From Rhizophagus irregularis (Eukaryota): DNA of 64,000 nt. A program made the position numbers and the translations under genes. The stretch's first letter is position 1, and the number at the start of each line of letters is the position of its first letter. The notes beneath the pieces were generated by a model. It was not told the origin of the DNA and did not search any database. It was given only the letters and a program-made list of their open reading frames with translations. The stretch is taken from positions 5,642,001 through 5,706,000 of the forward strand of contig NC_089429.1 of the NCBI RefSeq assembly GCF_026210795.1, given 5' to 3'. This document shows, one piece after another, positions 1-10,922 of this stretch.

Positions 1-559
1 TTATCAGTAGCTTTGGAAATTCGGTATGATGTTAAGTCGAGCGAATTTGTTTCCGAGAATAAAAATCTTGAACTGAAGCTACGGAGTATTAGCATAGAAA
101 CTGACACACCTATTAATACAGCTTTACCCAAAAAAAATTATCTTCATATTAAAGGCGATGTAAATTTGGATTAAATGAAATACAAATCCGGCTTACGATA
201 TAAATATGAAGAGATGACGAACAACAACAATGAATTAACGCTTCAAATTCGTACTATCCCAAATCGAATATTGAGTGGCATTTGCTGTTTAAAATTGGAA
301 GAGAGTGCGCCTACTAGAAAATATTGCCTCAAATAGACCTAGGCTTCAGTGCAAAAAAAATCTGGGAAAGTGTTCTTAATACAACTATCGTTTTAAAAGA
401 ATCAAAAAGGCTTTAATCAATTTTTGTCAAGGTAATATTTCTACGAATTTGGTTAAAAATGTTATTGATGAAAAAAATTAATTGCTTTAATATATAGGTT
501 TGAAATCACCTTAAAATTTTACTTATTGGGAAATCGCATTTTACGATCATGTTTTGACT

Positions 560-678
560 GCAGCCATAATTCAGGGGCAGCGGTTAGTACAATAACAAAT
601 GAATTGAGAAAAGAATTGGCGGGACTAAGTAATATTAGGTTCGTATTAGCAAACGGTAAAGTGTAGCATCATTAGGGA
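560..678 (+). mobile_element. Retropepsin (Ty3/Gypsy-type aspartic protease) N-terminal fragment, degenerate
   Basis: Frame from 568 reads NSGAAVSTITNELRKELAGLSNIRFVLANGKV*, matching the retropepsin D-S-G-A motif (here D>N) and the flap xxANG; followed by an out-of-frame VASLG-like stretch. Confidence 0.55.
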
Positions 679-694
679 GCCCACTGAACTACTG

Positions 695-1045
695 AAGCAT
701 TAGAAGAATTATCAAGTGCTTCGAAAGTTATTCATGATGAAGAGGTAATCATCAAGGTATTTCACTTCCGACTATCAGTGATTTGGAATTATGTAGGAAT
801 TATAATAAATCACATCTTTTATTGTTTCTGAACATTTAAAAGAAAATCCAGAACTGATTACTACAGCATCAAATATTTATAATTAAGGAATCATTATGTG
901 GATAATTGATTGTTATAAATTACCCCACGAAGAATTCAAGAATGATCGATATGATATAGCAGTTAAAGGTCTACGTCCAAGATATTCCAACAATTTAACA
1001 ACTTATGCAGAACTTATGATGATCCAGAAAAACGCCCAAAAGTAT
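695..1045 (+). pseudogene. Degenerate protein kinase (TKL-like) C-lobe relic
   Basis: Broken frames read LEELSSASKVIHDEEVIIKVFH (subdomain VIb-like), SDLELC (DFG-like), TTASNIY*GIIMW (IX), KGLRP...YAELM...DPEKRP (X-XI); many stops and indels. Confidence 0.6.
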
Positions 1046-3143
1046 TTAAATTAAAAAATATATTTTTTTATGTGGAAAAAAATATTATTCAAACCATAAA
1101 GAATGTTTTATTACTGAAATGGAAAGATTACATAGGATCAAAAATTCTGCCCTACTTTGTAGTTCTTGGAAATCAAGAAAAAGTACGTAGTAACTAATTC
1201 ATAAAAAATGAAAAAGTAAGGATCTTTTTATTTATATTCTTTGTACTTAAATCATTAATTTTTTTATTTTATTAAAACATATAGAAGATAATGTTTTATC
1301 ATGTGAACTTTTTGTTGGAGCTTTTCCTTCAACGGTTAATTTTGAAAATTCAAATGACGATAATAGCGATGATAGCGCGAATCTTATCTTTATATCCTTT
1401 CTGCGGGTGTTGCAGATGGTAATTCCAGGTTGTTTTGTCTAAATGATAAATAGTGCAAATTTCTTCATGTGATCACGTTCAAATAACACCTTTATTCGTT
1501 TTTGTAGTTCATCTTAATTTTTCACATCAACGATCAATCAACTGGAGATTTTCTCTTGGCGTCCACATTCGATCGCGGATCTACTACCTAATGACATTTA
1601 TTTACTTCTACACGGATTTATTCCAATTTCCAATCAGTTTATCTTCCTTTGTTTTGGATCTAATTACAAAGCAATCAGTAGCGCACCATTTTATCCTTTC
1701 CACGTCCATATTTTTATAAATAACACAATCGACCAAATCTGGTTCTTTCCTGGGAAAAACAGCAAGGCATCACTAAACTAATGAAAAAATAAATCGCAAG
1801 TCATCAAATCAGCAATGAACAGTCAGAATCTCCACAAGAATATAATGCACCCTTCGAGAAGGATAACAATAAGATATTCCTCCAGATCAACCGATAGTTG
1901 ATCACGGGTACCTCTTCCTACAGTGGCAGCTGAGTTCTACATAGACATTTAACGTTCTTATCGAATCCTATTACTTTTCATTTACTGACAACATAGTTAC
2001 TTAGCTTGTACCCCTCGGAGAAATTCAATCCTTTTCTATGGGTAGGAAGACGGCAACTCTTTCTGGGGGCTTGAAAAAATTATAAGGACTACGTGTTAAA
2101 ATATGGGTTTCTTTTCTTTTAGTTTAGAATTTCTTTTTCACAGTTGTAATTTTTCAGCAAATAAAATAAATAAATAAAATAAAATCTTAATTTTTATGCT
2201 CGTGAGCAATGTTCTTTAACTATAGTTTATGCATTTAACTGATCAAAGCTATGTTTAATTTGTACCTAAATTTATTGATCTTATAAATAAAATACAGTTC
2301 ATCTAATCACTAATATAAAAAGCCTAAGGCTAATAGAATATCGACATAAAATTTTGTATCATTAATCAAAATGAGTTCTTTATCACAATTACACCAAACC
2401 ATCCTTTTTGTTCTAATAATTTGTATCTAAGCTTCTTGAAATATTCACGAATGTTGAAAACGTGCATAATCAAGAGGTAGAAGTTTTGAAGTTAAAACTC
2501 GCAAAATAAAAATGAGAGAAATTAATTAAAAATTACTGGTTTTCCAAATGCATAACTCTTAAATGATAGGAACTATTATTTCTCAAATATAAATAAATCT
2601 TTATGAATTGACATTCCTGATACAAGTTTCGACGATTAGTATTATTTATTTCATGGTTTTTTCCCGAAGGAAAAAAACCCCTAATGTTCCCTTCCCATGA
2701 AATAAATGGGTAATCCCCTGGAACGTGTCAGTCGGTGTCACTCATTAAATATTAAACTTAACTATAAATTAGTAATTTCCCGATTTTTAAAAATTAGTAT
2801 GGTGATCATGAGTGACACTTAGTGCGACGGGAGATTATATTACAATTAATTTTATTATAATTAAATAGTTTTATTAGTTTAATGTTAGTTACACCAATTT
2901 CTCTTCGTAATTTGTTCTGCGGAGATTACATTTATTTAATTCTCCAACTATTTATGGGGTCAAGGCAGTGTAACATTTTGTAAATTCAAAAATAGTGGAC
3001 GTTAATTAACCATTTTTTTCGTTACATTTTTTTTGTAACACAATTCCTTTTTTACACTAGTGTAAATTTTCACAATTTTTATATATTCATTTATTTTTAA
3101 TCAGCTGGACATAATTACAACTAAACAAGAAACTAAATACCAG

Positions 3144-5642
3144 ATGATAAAAAAAGTGAGAAAGAAAGGTCCCGTTTGGGCACATTTCATTATTGTAGAT
3201 AAGAGTAATAATTCGCATCCTCCTGTACAATGTAAATATTGTTCTAAAAAGTATCAACGAGCTGTTCCTGAACGAATGCAAGTCCATCTTGACAAATGTC
3301 CAAAAGCACCGATTATTGCAAAATCACAATCCGGAAAACAACCAGTAATTGATGACTTTAATGATCGTATGAGTGAAGATGATCAGAATGCTAACGTTTT
3401 ATCTTCTCAACATTTTTTTCATCGTCTTCAGCCACCTTTTAAGTTACAAAATAGTGAAGAAATAAATATGCAAACAGATTATAGTGATCAAACAGAATCT
3501 CACACTAATATATATCATTTAGGATATTGTTATCAGCACGGAATAGGGATTGAAAGAAATGAAACAAGAGCATTTCAATTATATAAAGAAGCAGCTGAAA
3601 ATGGTCATATTAATTCAAAATATAATCTTGGAAGATGCTATCAACATGGAATAGGAATTGAAAAAAATGAAATTAAAGCATTTGAATTATTTAAAGAAGC
3701 TGCTCAAAAAGGTCATGTTACTTCAATATATGAACTTGGAAAATGCCATCAAGATGGAATAGGAATCGAAATAAATAAAATTAAAGCAATTGAATTTTAT
3801 GAAAAATCAGCTGAAAAAGGTCATATTACTTCAACATATGAACTTGGAAAATGTTTTAAATATGGAATAGGAACTGAAATAAATGATATTAAAGCGTTTG
3901 AATTTTATAAAGAAGCGGCTCAAAAAGGTCATATCACTTCGATATATGAACTTGGAGAGTGTTTTAAATATGGAATAGGAACTGAAATAAATGAAATTAA
4001 AGCTTTTAAATTTTATAAAGAAGCGGCCCAAAAGGGTCATATTATTTCGATATACGAGCTTGGGAAATGTTTTAAATATGGAATAGGAACTGAAATAAAT
4101 GATATTAAAGCGTTTGAATTTTATAAAGAAGCGGCTCAAAAAAGCCATATTACTTCAATATACGAGCTTGGAGAATGTTATCAATATGGAATAGGAACTG
4201 AAAGAGATGAAACTAAAGCATTTGAATTATATAATGAAGCAGATAAATTAGGTGGTTTTGAGTCATTGTATAAACTTGGAGAATGTTATCAATATGGGAT
4301 AGGAATTGAAAAAAATGAAATTAAAGCATTTGAATATTACAAATTAGCTGCTAATTTAGATGATTCTGAGTCATTGCATAAACTTGGAGAATGTTATCAA
4401 TATGGAATAGGGACTGAAAAAGATGGAACTAAAGCATTTGAATCATATAAAGAAGCGGCTCAAAATGATAATATTGATTCAATATTTCAACTTGGAATTT
4501 GTTATCAACATGGAATTGGAACTGAAAAAAATGAAATTAAAGCATTTGAATATTACAAATTAGCTGCTAAATTAGGCGATTCAGAGTCATTGCATAAACT
4601 TGGAGAATGTTATCAATATGGAATAGGGACTGAAAAAGATGGAACTAAAGCATTTGAATCATATAAAGAAGCGGCTCAAAATGATCATATTTATTCAATA
4701 TATCAACTTGGAATTTGTTATCAACATGGAATTGGAACTGAAAAAAATGAAATTAAAGCATTTGAATATTATAAATTAGCTGCTAAATTAGGCGATTCAG
4801 AGTCATTGCATAAACTTGGAGAATGTTATCAATATGGAATAGGGACTGAAAAAGATGGAACTAAAGCATTTGAATCATATAAAGAAGCGGCTCAAAATGA
4901 TCATATTTATTCAATATATCAACTTGGAATTTGTTATCAACATGGAATTGGAACTGAAAAAAATGAAATTAAAGCATTTGAATATTATAAATTAGCTGCT
5001 AAATTAGGCGATTCAGAGTCATTGCATAAACTTGGAGAATGTTATCAATATGGAATAGGGACTGAAAAAGATGGAACTAAAGCATTTGAATCATATAAAG
5101 AAGCGGCTCAAAATGATCATATTTATTCAATATATCAACTTGGAATTTGTTATCAACATGGAATTGGAACTGAAAAAAATGAAATTAAAGCATTTGAATA
5201 TTATAAATTAGCTGCTAAATTAGGCGATTCTGAATCATTGCATAAACTTGGAGAATGTTATCATTATGGAATAGGGACTGAGAAAGATGGAACTAAAGCA
5301 TTTGAATCATATAAAGAAGCGGCTCAAAATGATCATATTTATTCAATATATCAACTTGGAATTTGTTATCAGTATGAAATAGGAACTGAAAAAGATGAAA
5401 TCAAAGCATTTGAATCATATAAAAAAGCAGCTAAATTAGGTATTTCCCGTTCATTTCATAAACTTGGAGAATGTTATCAATATGGAATAGGGACTGAAAA
5501 AGATGAAACTAAGGCATTTGAATCATATAAAGAAGCTCAAAATGATATTAATATTGATTCAATATATCAACTTAGAATTTGTTATCAACATGGAATTGGA
5601 ACTGAAAAAAATGAAATTAAAGCATTTGAATTACAAAGATGA
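3144..5642 (+). CDS. BED zinc finger - Sel1-like repeat (SLR) fusion protein, ~20 SLRs; C-terminus truncated by frameshift
   Basis: N-terminus VWAHF...CKYC-x14-H-x3-C fits the BED finger; then 20 36-aa repeats of type LGxCYQYGIGTEKxExKAFExYKxAA; intronless 832-aa ORF. Confidence 0.9.
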   Translation: MIKKVRKKGPVWAHFIIVDKSNNSHPPVQCKYCSKKYQRAVPERMQVHLDKCPKAPIIAKSQSGKQPVIDDFNDRMSEDDQNANVLSSQHFFHRLQPPFKLQNSEEINMQTDYSDQTESHTNIYHLGYCYQHGIGIERNETRAFQLYKEAAENGHINSKYNLGRCYQHGIGIEKNEIKAFELFKEAAQKGHVTSIYELGKCHQDGIGIEINKIKAIEFYEKSAEKGHITSTYELGKCFKYGIGTEINDIKAFEFYKEAAQKGHITSIYELGECFKYGIGTEINEIKAFKFYKEAAQKGHIISIYELGKCFKYGIGTEINDIKAFEFYKEAAQKSHITSIYELGECYQYGIGTERDETKAFELYNEADKLGGFESLYKLGECYQYGIGIEKNEIKAFEYYKLAANLDDSESLHKLGECYQYGIGTEKDGTKAFESYKEAAQNDNIDSIFQLGICYQHGIGTEKNEIKAFEYYKLAAKLGDSESLHKLGECYQYGIGTEKDGTKAFESYKEAAQNDHIYSIYQLGICYQHGIGTEKNEIKAFEYYKLAAKLGDSESLHKLGECYQYGIGTEKDGTKAFESYKEAAQNDHIYSIYQLGICYQHGIGTEKNEIKAFEYYKLAAKLGDSESLHKLGECYQYGIGTEKDGTKAFESYKEAAQNDHIYSIYQLGICYQHGIGTEKNEIKAFEYYKLAAKLGDSESLHKLGECYHYGIGTEKDGTKAFESYKEAAQNDHIYSIYQLGICYQYEIGTEKDEIKAFESYKKAAKLGISRSFHKLGECYQYGIGTEKDETKAFESYKEAQNDINIDSIYQLRICYQHGIGTEKNEIKAFELQR
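4290..5630 (+). repeat. Near-identical 216-bp (two-SLR, 72-aa) tandem amplification inside the Sel1 gene
   Basis: agtcattgcataaacttgg recurs at 4369, 4585, 4801, 5017 and (one mismatch) 5233, exact 216-bp period. Confidence 0.95.
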
Positions 5643-6132
5643 TGAATTGGGCGATTTAGATTAATTGTGTGATATTATCAATATGGAATAGAACTGAAAT
5701 AGACATAATCAATGCAAATGAATTATATACAAATTACTGTAATCGTAGATATAGTCATGAAATATTCTATTTTGAATATATGATTTAATTGTATTTTTCT
5801 TAACATTTTATATTTGTAGATTGGGACGTGATCGGTATGTAAATATAATTATATTTAGAGACTAGAATATAAATAATTATTTGTGCTTCTTTCAATTTGG
5901 TAAAGTTTTTTACAATTAGGATTTTAATTTTCTTTGAATGACTGTGTCATCCTCCATTTTATTTAAAATTATTATAATTTTTATACAATGTCATAAAGAA
6001 AATTATAGTTAGATTTGGGGAAAATTGAAATTCTAAATAATTTTTAATGCAAATGTACGAATTTTCCAATTTATATTAAATATGCTATTATTTTATTACT
6101 ACAAAAATATATTGTTTTATTATGTTGTTAAA

Positions 6133-7450
6133 TCTATATAACTAAAAAAATTTAACGTTTGGATTAGTCTCCGCATAAATAATTTGAATTGTGTAACTTG
6201 AAATTCATGCCATATAATTAAAACCCATGACATGCCTCCGCCTGATCTATTTATGGTCAAAAACTATTCGATCCGAGTGCATTCCAATCAACTAACCCAA
6301 TTTCAGTTTTACCTCAATCGGAATTTTTTTTTCTGATTATCAGTTAATTTTTTTGTCCCGATTTTTTTTTTAAATGCTTTTTTTAAATTTTTCATTTTTT
6401 TTTGAAAAAATTTTTTTTTTTATTAATAATCCTATTGTTTCGGTCTTTTAAGACCGATTATTTTTTTAATCTTTTTTTTTAGACCGTTATTGTCCTTTTT
6501 TTTCAGAATTTTTTTCGGTACTTATTTTTTTTTTCAGATTCCTTTTATTTCCTTTTTTTTTAAACCGATTTCTTTCTTTATCCTTTTTCTTTCCCCAAAG
6601 TTTTTTTAAATTTTTTTTCTTTTTCTTTCAATTTTTTTTCCCGTTTCTTATCTTAAAGCCCGAAATAAAATATTATATTAAATATATTTACAAAATTATT
6701 ATTATTATTTTTTTTTAAAACCAATAACATGTAGGAAAATTGACCGACGTTAATAGAAAGATGATTAAGATTTTTATTATTATAGCCAAATCCATATCCG
6801 AAATTCTCTTAAAAATTTTAACTCAAATGGTTTAGCTAAATTAATAATTTATCGAGTAAGATGAGTATCAAAAGAATAATAATAAATGAAATGAACAGAT
6901 TCTAATACATTTAATTGTCAAATATTTTTCCTAAGTTGGTTATAAGTTTAAGATTGACGACATATTATAAAATAAGAAAATTTATAATGATCATCACCGT
7001 TGGCCAGAATTATCAATTTTTACCGGCACTATATTTTTTTAATGCTGGTCGATCGTCATAATTTTAGTCACCAGGGTTGAATCATAAAAATATTTGTACA
7101 GTAGTATTTCATAAAATACTTCTAAAAAATTAATATATTTTTATTGATGGTTATTTTTTCACAATTCCTTAATTAATCCGAATTTCATTCTACACTCAAA
7201 CGTCAAATCATTAATATAAATAGCTACATTGTTGTAAATATAATTTATATCATTCTAAATTTCTAATATTATAAATACATATTATTTTATTATTTTTTGT
7301 TAACTAATTATTATCATATTAAATTCCTAATTATAAACAAAAAAAACTACTGTAACCATCTTTAATTTACTTAGTGTTACATTATAATACTAAATTTTTC
7401 TATTTAAACAAACTCATCGGTCTCGGTGCGAAGCAACGGGTGACTGCTAG
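6133..7450 (+). mobile_element. Non-autonomous Helitron
   Basis: 5' TC terminus (a|TCTATATAACTAAA at 6133); 3' hairpin cggtgcgaagcaacgg at ~7424-7439 then CTAG at 7447-7450 followed by T; A|T insertion, no TSD; 5' end less certain than 3' end. Confidence 0.65.
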
Positions 7451-9539
7451 TAAAAACTAAACAAATGATCATTTATCGGAGTTTTTTCCAGAATTTTTTT
7501 TATAGGGTATATTTGTTAATTTATTCCAATCGTTCTCTTTCCTATTTTATTAATAATATTTTCATTTTGACGGTGTTGTGCTTGTCGCAAAGACTTTAAA
7601 AACAGATCGAATATTATTTTGGTACGCAAACGAAAGATATCAATTGTACCTAGTCTGACCAAGCAGAAATAACTGTTATTCGACCTCAAAAGGTTAAAAT
7701 TTTTAATCTTTTAAAACGTGTCCTCAGAATTCAGTCCAACATATAAAGAAGTGGTTAATTTATGGTGTATATTCAATTTAATCTTTCTGATTCGATAAAA
7801 TTTTATGTACTGTGATGATATTGACAAATTAAATTCATATCCAATTTTGAACAATTAGGACGAGCAAATAATGATAATAGAATCGGGTTATATAAATAAC
7901 TAAGAGAGAAGAGATATTGGATATTCCGATAGATATTTTGTAAATTGTACTGATCGTTCGTACTCAATCACAAATTTCTTAATTTGTAGCAAAATCAATT
8001 GCATATGCAAAATTCTGTAACAAATTAAAATAATCATGTGGTAAGGACAATACATATATTACATAATAATAATTTTGTGTTATGTAAGATTTATCTTAAC
8101 TGCATTACATAACGATTATTTCCTTTATAGTCCACCAAGCTGATCAACGTATTTATTAACAATTAACACGATTATTTTTGTCAATTATAGATTTTGTAAT
8201 CAAAAATAGCTGGTCACATTTTTAGGGGTTAGTAATTTCTTAAAATAGTATGAGAATTGATTTTTTAATTTTTTTTTCTTTTTTTTATAAATTTTTATTT
8301 TTCTCAAAAAAAAAAAAGAAAGAAAGAAATTCATTCTATATGATGCAAAAAAAGATTTTTATACTTTTATAATATTCATCTACGATTAATACCGTTTGAC
8401 AAAAAATAATTAGTATCATAAACTGTAAACGAAATAAAAAATGATAATATACGTATGCTATCAAATAAAAATAATGTTAAAAAGAAAGAAAACTTCACGT
8501 TGAAAATGATTCCGTATTAAAGTCATCGGATTATGAATTAGATAATAGTAATAATGAAGAGTTTAAATCAGAACTGGATGATGATGAGGAAAATGATAAA
8601 TCTAATAAGCGAAGAACGTATCACTCTGTTATCTACAAATCAAGACGATGATGAATCAGGCACTTCGGAATTCAAAATGTTAAAGTCGAACAAGTTTGTT
8701 TCCGAGAATAGTAATCTTAAACTGGAACAACCAAATGTTAGCATAGAAACTGATACGCGAAAAAATAATTTCATGATAAAGATAATGTAAATTTGGATCG
8801 GAAATTTACTATTTAAATATTAACATCAAAATACAAATCCGGCTCGTAATATATAAGGAAGTCATTCTAAGTATGAAGTGATAATAAAAATAACAAGATT
8901 TTTTTTCAATCTATGAGAAACAATGTGAAATTAAATAAGTTAAAGCCGTTTTCAGAACTTATCAAGACAAGAAATTTGTAATTAAATACGAAGATATGAT
9001 GAAGAACAAGAAGAAATTAATATTTTATTTGTAATATCCTAGAACAATATTGGATGGCGTTTGCTTAATATGTTTACGTTCTATTGGTTGCTAACAATTC
9101 TCGAAATTTTGAACAAAATTTTAAGAATTGGGCGAGCGGTACTCGGAGTTGATGAATTAATCCGAAATAGACAATTAGTTAGATGCATTGGATAGTTTAA
9201 GCTATCTCTAATGGTGAATTTGGTTAGATATTTAAAAGGTATAATTCCATGAATTTAGTTTATTTAGTAATAAAATGGTATTAACGAAAAGTATAATGGC
9301 TTTAAAAAATAGATTTGAATCATAAAATTTTTATTTAATCGCGAAAATCACGTGCTGCGATGTTTTGGAATCATGAGACTACAAAGACAAGGCTCATAAA
9401 ATGCCGAAAGTTACTAAAAAAGGCCAAAACCAAACTTATATATGATGATGATGATGATGCGGCCAAATGATGGTATGGTTGCTTGTTCAATTATACCACA
9501 AGACATCTAATAATGTTTATTTCACTTGGTATAAATCGT

Positions 9540-9728
9540 TAAAAATATTAGAATTATCAAGTGCCCTCGAAGCTATTCATAATAAAGGGAAGGCATGTGG
9601 ATGATTGTTGTAAAACTTATGGTAAATTTTAGCTTTTTACTGACTAAGTCTTTAATTATCTTACGAAAAATTCAAGTATGATCGTTCAGATTAAAGATTG
9701 GCGTCCAAAAATTCAAAGGATGTTTCAA
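9540..9728 (+). pseudogene. Second copy of the kinase relic, in a duplicated block upstream of Sel1 gene 2
   Basis: ttagaattatcaagtgccctcgaagctattcataat matches 700-740; ttaaagattggcgtccaa matches 964-980. Confidence 0.5.
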
Positions 9729-9893
9729 CAGACGGTAAAGATTCGAACAAACAATACAACTTGTATGGCGTATATCGTTGCATCAGGGCAGCACCATTGT
9801 CATCCGAAATAGCCGAGGATCTTTGGGTATTGTGTTTAAAGTGTCATAAACACATCGCCGGACTTACCAATGTAGAAGTGGATCGGGCGTCCT
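9729..9893 (+). mobile_element. DIRS-type retrotransposon RNase H fragment
   Basis: QTVKIRTNNTTCMAYI, then after a frameshift SEIAEDLWVLCLK..HIAGLTNVEVDRAS; matches DIRS1 RNase H motifs (DNTTxVAYIN, HIPGxxNxxADxxS) and the copy at 44.7-45.0 kb. Confidence 0.75.
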
Positions 9894-10922
9894 ATTTATA
9901 ATGCGGAAAAAAAATATTATTCTAACCCTGAATGATTTTTATTGCTAAAAGGAAAGGTTGCGTAGGATCAAAATTCAGTTCTGTAATTTTCTTGAAAATC
10001 AAGAAATTAAAATTCATAAGGTAAAAAAAGTGAAAAAATAAGGATCTTCATTTATATTCTTTATACTTAAATCATTGTCATTAATTCATTTCTTTTTTAA
10101 TTTATAACAGTATATAGAAGATAATGTTTTTGTTTTATCTTGTGAACTTTTGAATTTAAAAAATTTAAATGATGATGATGATAACGCGAATCTTGCTACT
10201 GGACATCCAAATTTGTTTTGTAATGATTAATAGTGTTCGCGTTATCAAATTTCCTCCATGTAATCACATTCAAATAATTCGTGAGTGTATCTTAATTTCG
10301 TTAATTCAATATAAAATCTTTATTTCCAAATCATTTTCTAAGCGATACTTATTTTTGGTAATTTCAATAAAATTGAATTATTAATAATTATTTAAGCTTT
10401 CTTTAAACTTGAAAATTATTAACCACAATGTAAAATTTGAAGATTACTAGTTGCATAACTTTAGAATGATAGAACCAATATTATTGGTTTTCCTGATAAT
10501 AAGTTATACGACTTTATCTTAAATACGAATCATTTTTATTATGGTATAATTGAAGGAGATTGTGTCGCTTCTTTGAGTTAATTAACAATTCGTTACAGAA
10601 TTATCCGGAAAAAAAAATATAAAGTGATTCCTTATAGTCAAATTTTGAAACATCGGGTATTTTTTTTTTTTAGAATAATTTAGAGATACTGTTACACTAA
10701 TTTTCTATTAATAATATTCATTACAGTTTATGGAGTTAACTCGCAGCATGTAACAACATTCCCTATACATAATTTCGTTAATTAACAAATTTATGTTGTA
10801 GATAATTTCCTTTTTTATACTAGCGTAAATTAATTAATTTATATATATATAATTCACTTTTTTTTATCGTTGACAATTATTTTCTTTTATATAACTAATC
10901 AAAAAACTAGTATATATACCGA

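Noticed and set aside
1520..2100. GC-richer stretch present only in the first duplicated block, possibly a LINE pol relic
   Set aside because: No motif could be read with confidence; needs BLASTX
3831..4148. Antisense ORFs over Sel1, BTB-TLDc, P450 and transposase genes (also 11220-11474, 23017-23214, 31034-31273, 34651-34839, 36864-37052, 40563-40754, 55854-56111)
   Set aside because: Shadow frames of real genes; their recurrence reflects paralogy
4290..5630. CRISPR-like regular repeat array
   Set aside because: Repeats are contiguous in-frame Sel1 coding units with no unique spacers; eukaryotic context, no cas genes
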